NCBI RefSeq assembly: GCF_018350175.1
Contig: NC_058383.1
Span: forward strand, 1,736,001-1,800,000
Length of the DNA: 64,000 nt
From: Felis catus
Lineage: Eukaryota
Direction of reading: 5' to 3'
The notes under the pieces are model-generated. The model ran no database searches. It was not told the DNA's origin and was given only the letters and a program-made list of their open reading frames with translations. Every line of letters begins with the position of its first letter. The first letter of the stretch is position 1. Below, piece by piece: positions 50,051 through 63,300 of the stretch. The position numbers and the translations under genes are program-made.

Positions 50051-51559
50051 TCGCAAGCACGGTTCACGCCCGATCACTCCCCCATCCTGTTCCGAGGGCG
50101 CGCTCGCCCACACCTGCACGGAAACGCCGGCCGCGGACCAAGGGAAGAGGGACGAGCACGCCGTGGCGGAGTCCCACCAGAACTGCACTGGGCGGTAAGG
50201 GGGGGACCCCTGCGGTGGGGTGGGCACTGACGAGGCGGGTGGACGGGGAACCCCACCTTCACGTCACGCGCGTGCTCGGAGGAACAGGCCAGGCTGCAGG
50301 ACGGGCGCGGCATCTTACCGCGTGTCAATGACACCTCGAGAAAGTGCCACTGAAAATCCACGCCGACAAGCACGTTCGACTAACGTCAGCAGCATGTCTG
50401 ACTGCTCTGGCCAGGCCACGAGACGCGGGCGCCCTCCTAACACAGGACTGCCCCCCCCCACCAGAGCCCTGTGGGGGTCACACTCCCACCCGGGAGGGCG
50501 GGCCCTGCCCCGTGGGGCTGCATCCGGCCGGGACCCCTGACGGGGAGGAAGGGAGGCCGCCGACACGCACCAAACCCAAAGGCAAGAGGAAGGGAGGTCA
50601 GGAAAGGGAAAGGGTCAGAAGCGGTACCGACACCGCGGCGCCTGGGTCACAGCCTCAGAACAAACAGTCCCGGTCACGGTGCGAGTAGAGACAAGGGCCG
50701 CCAGACGAACCGCCCGGTCAGTGACCAAGGGCAGGACGAAGACAGGCCAGGAAATGGCTAGAGACAAACGCACACGGCGGCCGGCACCATCAACCCCTCC
50801 CCCCGAGGGGCCCCCCACAACCCTCAGCTGCCCTCAGGACAAAAGCGAAGCGGGCCAGGAACGGAGAGCCCGGAGTCAAGGCAGGGAGCGGCCGGGACGC
50901 TGAGGTCACGGGCGCGCTAGAGCATGGGGCCGGAGACGAAACCGGACCACTGGAGTCTGAGACGAGTGGGGCCACGACGGTGGCCGTGCACCCGGAAACC
51001 GGACTTCCAGGTTCACCCCGGCCCTCCCTCTCCACGTCTACGCGTGGGGCCGGGGCGGCGCAAGGCGCCTTCAGGAGCTGGCACAGTGCGTGCCGGGGCC
51101 GTGTGTCTCAGCCCACAGCACCGGGCACAGGCGACCAGCCAGGCACGGGCGCCCGAGCGCCAGCCGCCAAAAGCCACCCACTCGAGTCCCTCCTGCGCGG
51201 ACCACAGGGCGCCGTCCCACAGCCTGGAACAGGTCCAAGTGCAGGGCCAGACGATTCCGCCTGTCGAGGAGAAGGGTCTGTGGAAACGGTGTGACCGCGA
51301 GGCACAAACGAGCCGATCCGGAACAGGAAGCCGGCCGCCGGGGCAGGGACGCTGCGGACGCCCAGCAAGGGTGGGGAGCACGGCCACGCTGACGGCGTCG
51401 TCCCTGTTCCCGTGTGCACGTGAGCCTCTGACGGTACGGACACCGGCCGAGGTTCCGCGGCGCGTGGGGGACGGAGAAGGACTGCGGCTCCCGCCAGCCT
51501 CCCGCCGCGGCCGCAACAAACCGCGATTCCCGTGCGTCAAAACAGCGCCAACGGATTAT

Positions 51560-52070
51560 GGGACGGGAAAACGTGCGTGCTTCGTCAACAGCAATCCACT
51601 TCTGAGACCTTCTCCCAAGGAAATGATCAGCAATGTAAACAAAGATTTGGGGACGTGTGTGTCAGGCAGGGTGTCATTCAGAAAAACGGAAAAAGAAAAA
51701 AAAGGATCTACCGGTAAGTTTGGCTGAGAAAGAGTGTTCACAAAGAAAGTCATTTACAGCCAAGAGTCAGGTTTTAAAAGGCTACGTAACACGGAAAGTA
51801 CTCGCGTGAGGTTCAACGAAAGAAAAGGACCCAAACCAAACGGCACACGAAAGGACGTCTTCCTAAACACGACATCAGGGAAACGCCCACCGTACACGCA
51901 CGCCAGAAGAATCTAAGCCAGCGGCACGGCCACACTGGTTTTACTGACGGGAGGATTGTGGGAAACCTTCATTCTCAGCTGTTCTCATTTTGTCGTGCTT
52001 TGTTTTTGTCAAATGTTGTAAATGACAATGTATTCCTTCTGTGATCAGAATCAAAAAAAGTTATTCAAGC
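51560..52070 (+). mobile_element. L1ME-like 3' end
   Basis: cagcaatccacttctgagaccttctcccaaggaaatgatcagcaatgtaaacaaagattt; aaatgttgtaaatgacaatgtattccttctgtgatcagaa. Confidence 0.65.
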
Positions 52071-53439
52071 AAAGTGCTGACGTCGCTCTGGCCCGCCTCC
52101 TTCCTTCCAGGTGTGCAAACCTAACTCCCAGCACGTGGCGAAGGCAGACCGGCAACCAGCGGAGAATCGGCCCAGGGCCAGCCCCTCCGCCCCCTGCACG
52201 TCCACGACCAAGGGCACGGGCACCAGAAGACGGGGACGCTGGGCGCTGGCCAAAGGAAACCGGAACGAGGTGGCCAAGGAAAGCTCGGGAATGCTGGGCG
52301 GGTCTGCGGGCCCAGGGGGCTAGGGGTGGGCCCCCCAAGAAGAGCGCGGTCAGCTGGGAAGGGACGGAAACGTCAGGCCGTCCCAGGGACGAGAAAACGA
52401 GCGGAGAGGCGAGCGGCACACCCACCCTGCAGCCGGGCAGGTCCCACTAGGTGCCGTCTGGCGCCTGCCCGACTGACCTCCCGGGAACCGGGACCCTGCT
52501 CGGTCCCTGCAGCCCGCAGACCACGGAGTCGACGCCCCTCGGCCCTCCTCATCCAGCGGAAACGTCCGGCACCAGGGGCGAGGACCACTCTTCCCGCCTT
52601 CACCGTGGGGCTGACGCCGCCCACGGCTGGCACCCCCACGTCTGCCGCACCCCTGCAGCAGCATGGATGAGTACCGCTGGACGGGGCACGCGGCCTCGCT
52701 GCCTGGTGCCCCCCACCGACCCGGTGCAGTTGTACCACGTGCCCACCGACCTCGGGCTTGGCCACTGCGTCCTGCTTCGTATTCTGCTGAGGAAACGGGA
52801 CAGCTACGTCTTCCCTCCCCTGCGCCCACTCTCTGCATCACTTCCTGCCGGCCACATCCCCACCAGGACAGACCCCGATGCCACCGCCTGTCGGCAGGGA
52901 CACACTCAGTTCCAGCAGGGCCCCTCGCCAGGCCGTCCCTCTCTACACGCATCCGCAAACAAGCCGGTGTCGTCTACACGTGCACCCCGCGGGTACCGCG
53001 CCAACTGGCCCCTCCCGATGCAGAGACCACGCAGGCCGCCTGGCTCCGCTCTGCCCACGCTCTCACAGGCTTCCCCCGCGGCCCCACAGAACCCGCTACT
53101 GTCCCGGCGACCACGAACTCCACACTGCGAACTTCCAAATGGTCGTCTTACCTGGTCGACCTGTGGCAGCCACTCACTGGTCACCCCTGCTCTGTGACAC
53201 GCCCTCGTCCACGGTTTCCAGAATCCCCCACAGTCCAGCCTCTTTCACGTGTCTGTCCTCCTCCCGGCCTCTTCCTCCTCTGTCTATGCTCGTCAGAAGG
53301 AAACGGGTGGACGGAAAAACTGAGCAACTCACAGAGCAGCCCCACACGCGTACAGCCAACGTGTATAGATGATGACAACAGTCCAGCAGGGAACAATGAC
53401 CAGGTCAACCGACTGCCCGCCTGGAAACCGGGCCACAAG

Positions 53440-53610
53440 CCTCAGGGGGACAGCAGACCCAAATGTGAAAGGCAGTATTATACAGCTGTTTCAAATACAC
53501 ACAGAACATTTTTCTGAGCAGTCAAAAGTTTCTTTACGGAAGACACAAGAAGACGTCACGGCACAGGAAAAACCTGATGAACGGGGCTTGATGAGGACAT
53601 GTGTGTGCCA
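53440..53610 (+). mobile_element. L1 ORF2 fragment
   Basis: gacccaaatgtgaaaggcagtattatacagctgtttc...aaagtttctttacggaagacacaagaag...aggaaaaacctgatgaac. Confidence 0.55.
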
Positions 53611-54117
53611 CGTGTAAACACACGCAGGGGATCTGAGCTCCTGTGGGTCCGTAAGTATACAGCGAACGACACGAAAGGGAAGCGGGCGCAAGGACACAGT
53701 GGTGCCTGCGGCCGGGACGGTGGGGAGACAGGAAGCAAGTGAGGCCCCCAAACAACAGCACAGGGACCACAGACTGATGCCACGGCTCGGTCACCCCCCA
53801 GCCCCGAGCACGGCACCCTCACCAGCACACCCAAGCTGAGAACCCCCAAACGCCCGCCAAAGGCAGAGCGGTTTAAAACCCAGGGACCATCGCGGAGCGG
53901 TGACAACAGGAGGACACGTACACGTTCCGTGCGTGACTCTCACGCTGCACATCAGTGCAGGACCACACACGTGCCTATCCACGCAACCCCGCCCGGATAA
54001 CGCTGAAAACAGGGAAGACCCGTCTCCAGTGCCGGAAGCCAGGCTGGCGATTTCCAGAAACAGGACAGAGGACTGGAAAGGGCAGGAGGTGCCTTTGGGG
54101 ACCAGAGACCTCCTGCC

Positions 54118-54306
54118 TTTTTTTTTTTAATGTTTGTTTATTTTTGATGGGGGGGGGGTGGAGGGGAGGAAGGGAGACACAGAATCCGAAGCAGGCTCCA
54201 GGCTCTGATCTGTCAGCACAGGGCCCGACATGGGGCTTGAACCCACAAACAAGGAGATGGTGACCTGAGCCAAAGTCGGAGGCCCAGCCGACAGAGCCGC
54301 CGGGCA
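54118..54306 (-). mobile_element. CanSINE, antisense
   Basis: Poly-T, then gagacacagaatccgaagcaggctccaggctctgatctgtcagcacag...gacctgagccaaagtcgga. Confidence 0.93.
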
Positions 54307-57300
54307 CAGTGGCGTCCTGCTGGGAGCTCGTTACACTGCTCACCGATAATGTGTGCGTTTCTTAAACACGCTACGGTTTTTTTTTTAAGTTAAGAAAACA
54401 AAGTTAATGCCTCAAAGTGGAAAATCATTTAAAAAATTATTTTTTTTTCTTAAAAGAGAACTATTTTGTACCTCTCCTACGTGCACCCTTCCTTCAACTG
54501 CAGGGTGCGCGGGTCCACGCGCCGCCGGAGACAGACGGGGATCAGCTGCAGCCCGAGGCCGCCCTCGCTTACAGAAGCAAAGACAACATGATGATGACTG
54601 ACGGGGGAGATGTGGACAGCACTGGTCATCGCCACAAAAACCAGACGGAACGGACGAAGGGCAGGGAGGCCTGGCAGGGCGAGGACGCGGGTTCCAGGGC
54701 ACCACCGTCAAGCCTGCCTGAACGGTACGCGAGGATGCGCACACACACCCAGACCGGGCCGGCGTGGCCAGGACGTTACGAACCGCCCCGGGAGGGGAGC
54801 GAGGAGGAGGACCTGTGCGAAAGCCGTGGCGCCTGTGGTCAGGCTGTACGCACGGCACAGGCCGGGCCAGCGCCCAGTAAGGCGGGGCGGGGTCTTCTCT
54901 CAGGAGGGCTGTGGTTTCCTGAGGAGAGGGGAGAGGGTGTCAGTGGCAAGGGCCTGGTGGGGGTGGCAAACCTCAGGGCCACCTACATCTAACTACCCCA
55001 AGAGGGTGCGCACCCGACTGTGACATCACCTTGGAGGACGCAGAAACGAGGAGGCAGCTGCCACTCACGACAAGTGTGCGGCCCCAGGACGGCCTCCAAG
55101 ACGCCGGGGTCCTCGATGGCCAAAACGAGGACTCCGAGAAAGTAAAGGAAGCGTCTTCCTGTGCGGCAGGCAGGGGGCAAACCCAGTCCCTCTCGAGCAT
55201 GTGAGCTGTGGCCGTCCACCCCCACAGCATCCCCACCTGGGAAAAATGTGTGAGATCTGATCCCCAGGCACCTGCAACCCCCTGGCTAAATGTGAACTCG
55301 GGCCCCGGTGTTCCCTCCCCTGAGCCGTGTCTTCTACTGCGTGCTCTGCACAACGTTTTGCGTTTTGCAATCTTCTGCTGCCCGTTGCCTCTCCTGGGGA
55401 TCCCAAGGGCACTAATCACCACTGCCGCTTCTTGCTTTGCTACATGCAGGAGGCAGGGGGGAGTGGCAGCGACGTCACAGACTACAGAAGGGCTAAGGCC
55501 AGGGTCAGGCGATGCGGCCTCCGCTGCAGAGGGCCGCGGCCGCCGGGAGAACCTTCCGGTGTCTGTTTAAGGCAGACCAGTTGACTCGAGCCCCTCCAAG
55601 GAACACAACGGCGGAGGCCAGGGCACAGGCCGGCCCAGGCTGCGCCCGCCCAGCCCCTCCGTGCCCAGGGCTGGGCCGTGCGCACAGAGTCGTGGTAACG
55701 CACGTGGGTCCGAACATGGGCTCCAGCCCCTTCCCAACTCCTACCCATCCCCAACCCTGACTGGCTGCATGACTCTGGGCACGGGGCTTTCCATCCGAGC
55801 CTCTGTCTCCTCAGCCCCCTTATGGGGGTCCCCCTGTTGACTGCTGGAAGCAAGACCAGCTGTGCGGACCAGGCCCGACCAGCCACAGCAGTGATCACTG
55901 GTACGGGAACTCCTACTCCCAAACCCCACTGTGGACCAGCCACACGGTCCCAGGGGCTGTGCCAGGCAGGGCGGCAACACGAGGCCACAGCGGGCATGCA
56001 GCGCCTCTAGGGACGAAGTCAGATGGGACTGAGTCCAAGCGTGGTCTCTGACGAGGACCCAGGGGAGCCCCTGGCACAACAGGCCCCGGGCCGCACAGCT
56101 CTGCCTCCTCGGAGTCACCCTTGGTCTGAAAGTGCACTCCAGCAGCGTCAACTCAGAAGACCCCGGCACGGCCTCGTCAGTCAGGCTCTACCCACTGAAG
56201 GTGCTCGGTGAACACCGGTCTACCCTAACCTAACCCTGACACGCGAGCCCGTCCAGGGAGAACACTCGGGGCCAGGGCCGCAGGGAGGGAGGCTGAGACC
56301 AAGGTGTGGCGCTCAGCCCGGGCCCGACCGAAGCCGGCTGCGTACAGCGGCCGTGACCCCGGCACAGGAGGGGGCCGGTCACACGGCAGCAGGCCATCGT
56401 GTGTGCGCGGTCCTGCCCGGCTCGTGCAAAGAGGGGACGGGGACACGGAAGAACGCACCACGTGCAGCGGTGCAGACTCGTGCGTGTGCCACAGAGCTCC
56501 AGGCCCTGGGAATGAGAACACGCGGGCCAAGAGAGCCGCACTACCTTCCCGAGCGGCTACACGGACGGCAGGCCCGGAGGCCGCAATGGAGATGGTGCAC
56601 TGGGGGGACCACACGGTTGGGGCCGGGCAGGACTACGGAAACAAGGCATCCGGAGCTCAGCAAGTTCAAGTCGGGGTCAGGGTGACTTTCCCACCCTGGC
56701 CTGAGGTGCCTCCCGCCCACAGCACAGCTGGGAACACGGGCCACGTCCCCACGGAGCTCGCCAGCAAGGGCGGCCTCCCCACGGAGGCTGGGGCTGCCTC
56801 GGCCTCATCAGTATTCAGCAGCACTCAGCTCCCCTCTCTCGCCTCCTTTTGTGCTGCAGAGATAAGTAGCATTTCTCATCTCTGCTATCTCCCAGCTGCA
56901 AATATTCAAGACTTCCTTTCTTTTTACTTAAAAAGTAAAATCTCATTTTAGATTTGCAAGCCAGACAGCTACCCGTCCTCACTGCACTAATAACGCACCA
57001 CCCAGAGGCCAGGCAGGAGCGCAGAGTGGAGAGCGCGTCCGGAGGAAAGTATCAAAGCCCCTGGGAACCCGAGCCAGAGGAAGACCTTCACAACCCACCG
57101 GACACGTTCAAGGCCTCCCTGCCTTGCCTCGAGATGGGAACCGGCTCGGCCAGCACGTCCTGTCCTGTCGGCAGTCCTGAGGCCACAGGTCCCACGGGGC
57201 ACAGACCCCACGGGCCACCCCCTGTGGAGCCGTCTGACAATGAGGGCCTGGTGACAGGTGGTCCCGGTGACCTCGGAGTTCACACGGTTACTTCCGCTGG

Positions 57301-60300
57301 CTGGGGGCTCCCTGCAGGGCGGGACCACACGCTTCCTTCCAGCCATACACAGCCTAGGACCCTTTGGGGGACATGGGTCACTGACGACTTAGCAAGAGTC
57401 TGGGACGAAGAGAAAGCAAACGCCAGGCACCAGCTGAGGTTCTGGAGATGGACGTGAGGCCTCACCAAGGCTGCGGCACGTGGCCCAGTGTGCCTCGACC
57501 AGGACCGGCTGGGAAAGCGGGGGCAAGCCAACAAACCCCCCCTGAGCAAGGCCAGGGTCCTCGCTGACTCCCCCAGCCCCGTGCAAGAGAGCAGCAGGGC
57601 CTTGGCCTCCGGCTTCTTTGGCGGGGATGAGACACTGAAGACAAGGACTCAGCCAAACACTCCCGAGAAGGAAGCGCCTGCTTCCGGACGGCGACAACAG
57701 CCGCCGGGCCTGGCCGGCACCCGGGGTCCTGCACCAGGACCCGGCCCGAGCGGCAGGCAGGAGCCCTCCCTGCATCCTGGCGACCGCTGCTGCCATGCTA
57801 GCGTCTTCAGTAGCCGGGGCGGCCCGGAGGGGCTAGAGGACGGATCGGGGGGCGGCTCCCCGCCCGCAGTGAGCCCCCGGGGTTTACGAGGGGCCCACGC
57901 GGGAGGGGCTCCCGCCGTCAGAGCAGGAGCCCGCGAGCGTCTCTCCCACAAGCTCACCTTCGGGTCTGCAGACACGCCTGACAGGTTGACACGCTGTTAA
58001 AATTTTACCATTTACGTAACAGCTCAGTTATTAACAGAGCCTCATTTGCACGTGTCAGAGGAAGAGAAAAATCACCTAATTAACCATTTTCCCCATCAGC
58101 AAAAGGAAGGGAGTCGTGCTGCCAATTTGTTTCCAACTCCTCTCTCCCACCCTCGGAATTCGCTCCCTTTAATCAGAGAAGATTTACAGTCCTCTGCCGT
58201 CAGGGACTGAGAAGGCTCCCCTTCCAATTACGGGTGTCTTAAGTAGCCAACTTGAACGGTGTCCTTCGAAGCACGGAAGCCCGCCACCAAGGGGAGACCC
58301 GCATCCACCGTGTCCAGCAGACGCAGACGGCTCTGCCCCTGAAGGACCGTCCACGCTGGGGGCCGCTTGAAGGCCAGACAGCGCCCGGCCGTGTGCAGGG
58401 AGACAAGGAAGAACACAGACGGCCTTCCCCATCAGCCCGCCCAGGGGAGCAACTGTTCCGATGCTGGTCTGCCGGGCCACTCAGCCCCAAGCCAGCACGA
58501 TGCCTGATGGCTCGATGGCAGCAGGAAAGGGGGGCACCTCCCCAGCATGGGGCAGGCAGCAGAGGGAGCCCGGAAGGCCCCGTTCACCCGGAGCCTTGCA
58601 CCTCCGACGTGGTCCTCTCAGGGCCTCAGACTCCTCTTCTGGAACACAGGACACAAGGCAGAATCGCCAAGGGGAGTGAGGACAACACCGCGGGGTCACA
58701 CTCCAGGCCCCACGTGCACAGCCACCGGGAACCTAGCGTTGCAGCCTTGGCCCTTGGCCACACCTGGTTCTCCCCTGCCCTCCCCTCCCCTGGTTCTCCC
58801 CCGGCGCCCTCGGCCAGAGACCCCTCCACACGTGGATTAAGTCTTACTCAACGTCAAGGTCACCCGCTTCCTCGGGGGTGGGGGGGGAACACCCCTGACA
58901 ACCCCCACCTGGCCTAGGCGGGCCCCCTGCCCGCCTGCATGGTGTTCCAGGCTAGTCCCCCTCAGCACTGGTACAGCGAGTGGCTCCCCGCCGATCACCA
59001 ACTCCGGAAGGGCACAGACATGCCGCTCGAGCATATGGTGCTCGGAAGCGCTCAGTGACCACGCTCCTGAATGACGATAAATGGAGGACGATGCGAGGGA
59101 CGGGGAAGAAGAAACAAAGCTCACCGGACACCTCCCTCCCGCGTCCATCGGACACAGGTGGGGTTCCCGGTGATCAGACAACAGACGCCGCAAGGAGCCC
59201 CCAGGGAGAGCCCACCACCCAGTGCACGCGGAGGCTCAGAATGAGCACAGCAGCTCCGGTACGTTCTCAGGAGCCGCAAACCACCTACGCCCCCAGCGGA
59301 CTGTGGGTCAGGAAAAGACAGGGAGGTGCAGGGAGGGCACAGCCCTTAACGCCGCACAGCAGACCAAACCACACGACGAGGAGTCCCCCAGCGTCCCGGG
59401 ACAGGCTGACAGTCACACAACGGTGTCCCGGACTCTGGGGACGTGGTGGGGAGGGCACGGGACAGGGGAGCCACCGTGCACTGAGTCCTCATCACAAGCT
59501 GCAAGACAGCCCCCCAGGCATGGGAGGAAAGGTCCCCAAGAACAAGCAGAGAAGGACACATGTAGCCAGTGTCTGAAAGCCGCCGGGCAGGAGGAGACGA
59601 CGTTGAGTCCTTCGGCTGCGCGAGCAGAAGCATCTCCAGTCAGATGGGTAAAGACCAGAGCCCTCCAGCCCGACCGCTCAACAGTCAGTATGTCACTGAA
59701 GTCACTGACGCGGGCCAGGCCGGAGGAAGAGCAGGTGACAGCAGGCCCCTCCCGGCCCTCTCCAAGGGGAGCCGTCACCGACTGGAGGACAGACCAGGAC
59801 GCGCGCGGTGCGGCCCGCGGAGACCGCTGCTTTAGACCTGAGGCCACGCGTCACACACACCGCTGCCTGCGGGAGGCGGCCCTCCCCGGGGAGGGGCCGG
59901 GGCTCGCACGAGGAAAGATGAGATGTCGGCGGCAAGGAGGGCCACGCGACACGCTTTCGTGGAGCCGGTTCCCCTTAAGCCAGCTCTTTGGTTTAAATGA
60001 ATTTACTCCTCATTAAATTCTTCACCTGAAAACACAGCCGTTTGATACTTACATGCTTCATTCTGACACTGAGGGCCTTCTGTGGGGAAGACAGAGCCAC
60101 CAAATCCCACCGTAATTATCCCAACACAGGTGAGCCTGCGTTGGCGCGGCACACAAATCACCCAGCCCCGCCGTGGGGCCTCGGGCGGCCCGCCTCCACC
60201 GCCCACGCGGGGTGCAAACGGCAAGCTCAGGGGCCCCCCGAGCCCGGTGTCCGCGTAGTCCTAAAATGCCACCCAGAGGACTCCTCCTGGAGCACAGGTA

Positions 60301-63300
60301 GGGGACGGCCCGCCTCCGGCACAGAAACACGAGGAGACTCAGTCTGTCTACAGCCACCAGAAGGGTCCTGCCTGTCCAGGCCGGACGCTGGAACAAGGGA
60401 GGGACCCGCCACTTTCCCAAAGCCGTCGGTGCCGAGACTTACTGCCACCACAGCCCCGGGCGGCTCCTCCCTGAGAGTACGACACGGGCCCATCTCGGGG
60501 CTTGTCTCGTGCGAACAAGGAGGGTGCTCCCCGGTGCCAGGCGTTAAGTACCGTGAAGAAGACGAGAGCACAGGGGCCAACCTAACCAAGTGGGGACAGA
60601 AGGCAGTGACAGGGGGCCAGCCAGGCACAGGGACAAAACAGGGCGTGGTGAGCGTAGAGGGCCTCGGCGAGCTCAGGGAGCACCGGGGGGCCAGCAGGTG
60701 GGCCCCCCAGGTCAGAGCAGGGCTCAGATGCCACAGAGAGTAAGGGCCCCTACGGAGAAGGGGTGTGGGGACAAGAGCAGCAGTGGGGGGGCAGTTCTGC
60801 TGACGGGACGGGGTTCAGGCCAAGCAGGGTGGCCCTGAGGCCGCTACGTCACCCTGACGAGGTGGAGTCCAGACAGGGTGAAGCCCTTTCTCCCCACAAC
60901 CCCCTGGCTCCCCCAGGCAGCGGCCTGTCCCTCTCGACAAGGCAGGACCCGGACCTCCCAGTCGCATGCCAGAGAGACACAACCCTCCAGAAAGGGTCTC
61001 AAGAGCAGCCCGCCTCAGCAGCGAAGGCGCCCGGCCCGCGTCAAAACCCAAGACCCGCACTCCCACCCAGCCCCACTGGCCCCGGCTTGGCCCCGTGGGG
61101 TCAGAGGCCCTCTCTCCTCCCGTCCCGCACCCCGAACACGGGAGAGGACACACAGTCCGGGAAAGGCCCTCCCCCCCCCCCGCCCCCAACTAGCACAGAC
61201 GCTGCAGAACCCCGGAGCGGACCCCTGCCCTGCACGGGAGGCCCACAGGAGTTCCGGAGCGAGCCCGCAAGGCGGCCACCGCCCGTAGCTCTGCCGACAC
61301 GCCAACTGCCTCCCCTCTGCCTGCCTTAGCTCTGAAGCAGCCGGCAGCCGGTGTGGGTGCTGGAGCGGTACCCTCGGGTGGGACGCAGGACAAGCCCAGG
61401 CCTCTCCCTCTGTGGGCTCTACGAGAGGTTCCCTGGAAAAACACGTCACTTGGCCCCGGCAGCCCCGCGTCCGCCTGTCCATCCGTTCTCCTTCCATCCC
61501 CAGAGGCGTCGGCTCACCTAGGCTCTCCCCACGGGCAGTGCTGTCTTAGTCTCCCTCCCATGCCTCAGGGCGCCACACACGCGCCTGGCCCCTGCCCAGC
61601 TGTGCCTGAGCCCTGGAGGCCAGCGCTCGGGCCTAGCGTAAGCCCTGTGGATAGAGCGCTCTGCTCCTCTGTCAGGGAAGCCGAGGGACAGGCAGACACA
61701 GGGCGCAGGACACGCCTTCCCAAGAAAACCCCTCCTCCTCAGCCCCCCCCCCCCAGCCCCCAGACGGCAGGAGGCCTGCCACCTCAACTACAATGTGGAA
61801 GCATCTGTTTGCAGCCTGTAAGAGAAAAGCCTCGAGTTACTCCCATCCGGGGGTTGACAAAGCGCCGTGGGTGACCCCACACTGCCAGACGGACGTGGCC
61901 CACGAGCCCCCTAAGCCAAGGCCCGGCTCTGATCCCGCCAGGGAGTGAGCCACCAGCCCCCGCCCCCGAGAGGGTGCTGCCGTGGAGACCCCCAGGCCGG
62001 CCCACACCAGCTGTGTATGGGACGCGTGGAGATGCGTGGGGACCGGAACTGAAGCGAGCCAGCCAAGGACCGCCACAGTGAATCCTCAAAGGGGTCGACG
62101 CAGGGACCCTGCGGAGGACAGGCACTCCACGCAAAGGCCATCGCTGCTCAGCGCCCAGCAGCCCGGGCGCCCCAAACCCTGGCGGCCAGAGGAAACTATG
62201 GTGAAGCAGGGCACCAGGGGCCCGGCGCTGCACCACGGCCGCGGGCCAGTCCCCGACGAGGCTCCAGCAGGCCCTGGGCAGTCGGGGTCAGTCAGACCCC
62301 GCTGCGGGGTGGGTGGAGGCAGACAGGAGGCCAGGGGGCTCCCTGCTCCCCGCGGGGGCCTTGGCGACTCCCCGGGTCCGCCTTCACGGAGAGAGTAACC
62401 GGCCCTCTGCTTTTCTCATCTTTCCACGGCTGCCCTTCGCTGTGGCCAAGGCGCTGGGACTGGGGCCGCTCTCCCCTCCCCACCCTCTGGGCTCTGCCCA
62501 CCCTGCGGGGGACCCTCGGCTGTGAGTGCCGCTGGCTCACTGCTTCCTTGTCTCCCCACGGAGGGGCCGGCGCCCCAGACCTGCCCTGCTCGCTGCCCGA
62601 GACAAGCGCGGGTCACACAGCTGACGCGCCACGCCATTCTCACCCTCGGCACCAGCTCGGTTCCGTCTCAGGACGAGACTCAGGGAGGCACAGGCGCCAG
62701 CGCCGGGAAGCGCTCCCACTTGAAACCGCCAGAGGGCTGGGCTGTCGCAGCTGGGGAGCCACGGCGCAGAGCCACGGCAGCTCCTCCACGGGCACCGGGA
62801 ACCCGCTGGACGGCCCGGCGCTCTGCCGTCTGGGGCTCTCCACCCACCCCAGACCGGGACGCGGTCGAGGGTCCCTGCGGCCTTCGGGCTACGTCCACGG
62901 GCAACACCCGGGGGGCCCAGCACCACGGAGGAGCCGGCCCCGCGGCGAGCGGGGGACACAGCGCCCTTCAAGAGGCCCTGTCCGGCCACCTGCAGCACAG
63001 GGGACAAGGCTCCCTTCCAGGTGTTCAGATTACACCTATTTTAAAACCTGCTGACCAAAAACCCCAAAATGGATCACTTTTAAGTAGAAGCGAATGCTGG
63101 AGAGTTTCATTACATACGATAACGTTTCTATTAAAACAGAACAAGCTCGGGGGCTCTATCAAACCCGTTCCGGTGGGATTCGTGTCCGCTGTAATCCGGC
63201 ATTCAGGCTCCGTCTCATTAACATAGCAGGCTTAATTGGCGTTTCATGCCTGCTTTGTGCCTCCAAAATGAGCAAGGTGTAATTATGGTAAAAAGAGCTC

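Noticed and set aside
56221..56240. Telomere-like ccctaacctaaccctga
   Set aside because: Fewer than three imperfect units, which is compatible with chance.
28000..63000. CpG-island promoter of a nested gene
   Set aside because: CpG richness is diffuse and extends through decayed L1s, and I saw no discrete promoter or first-exon structure. Regional GC bias explains it better.
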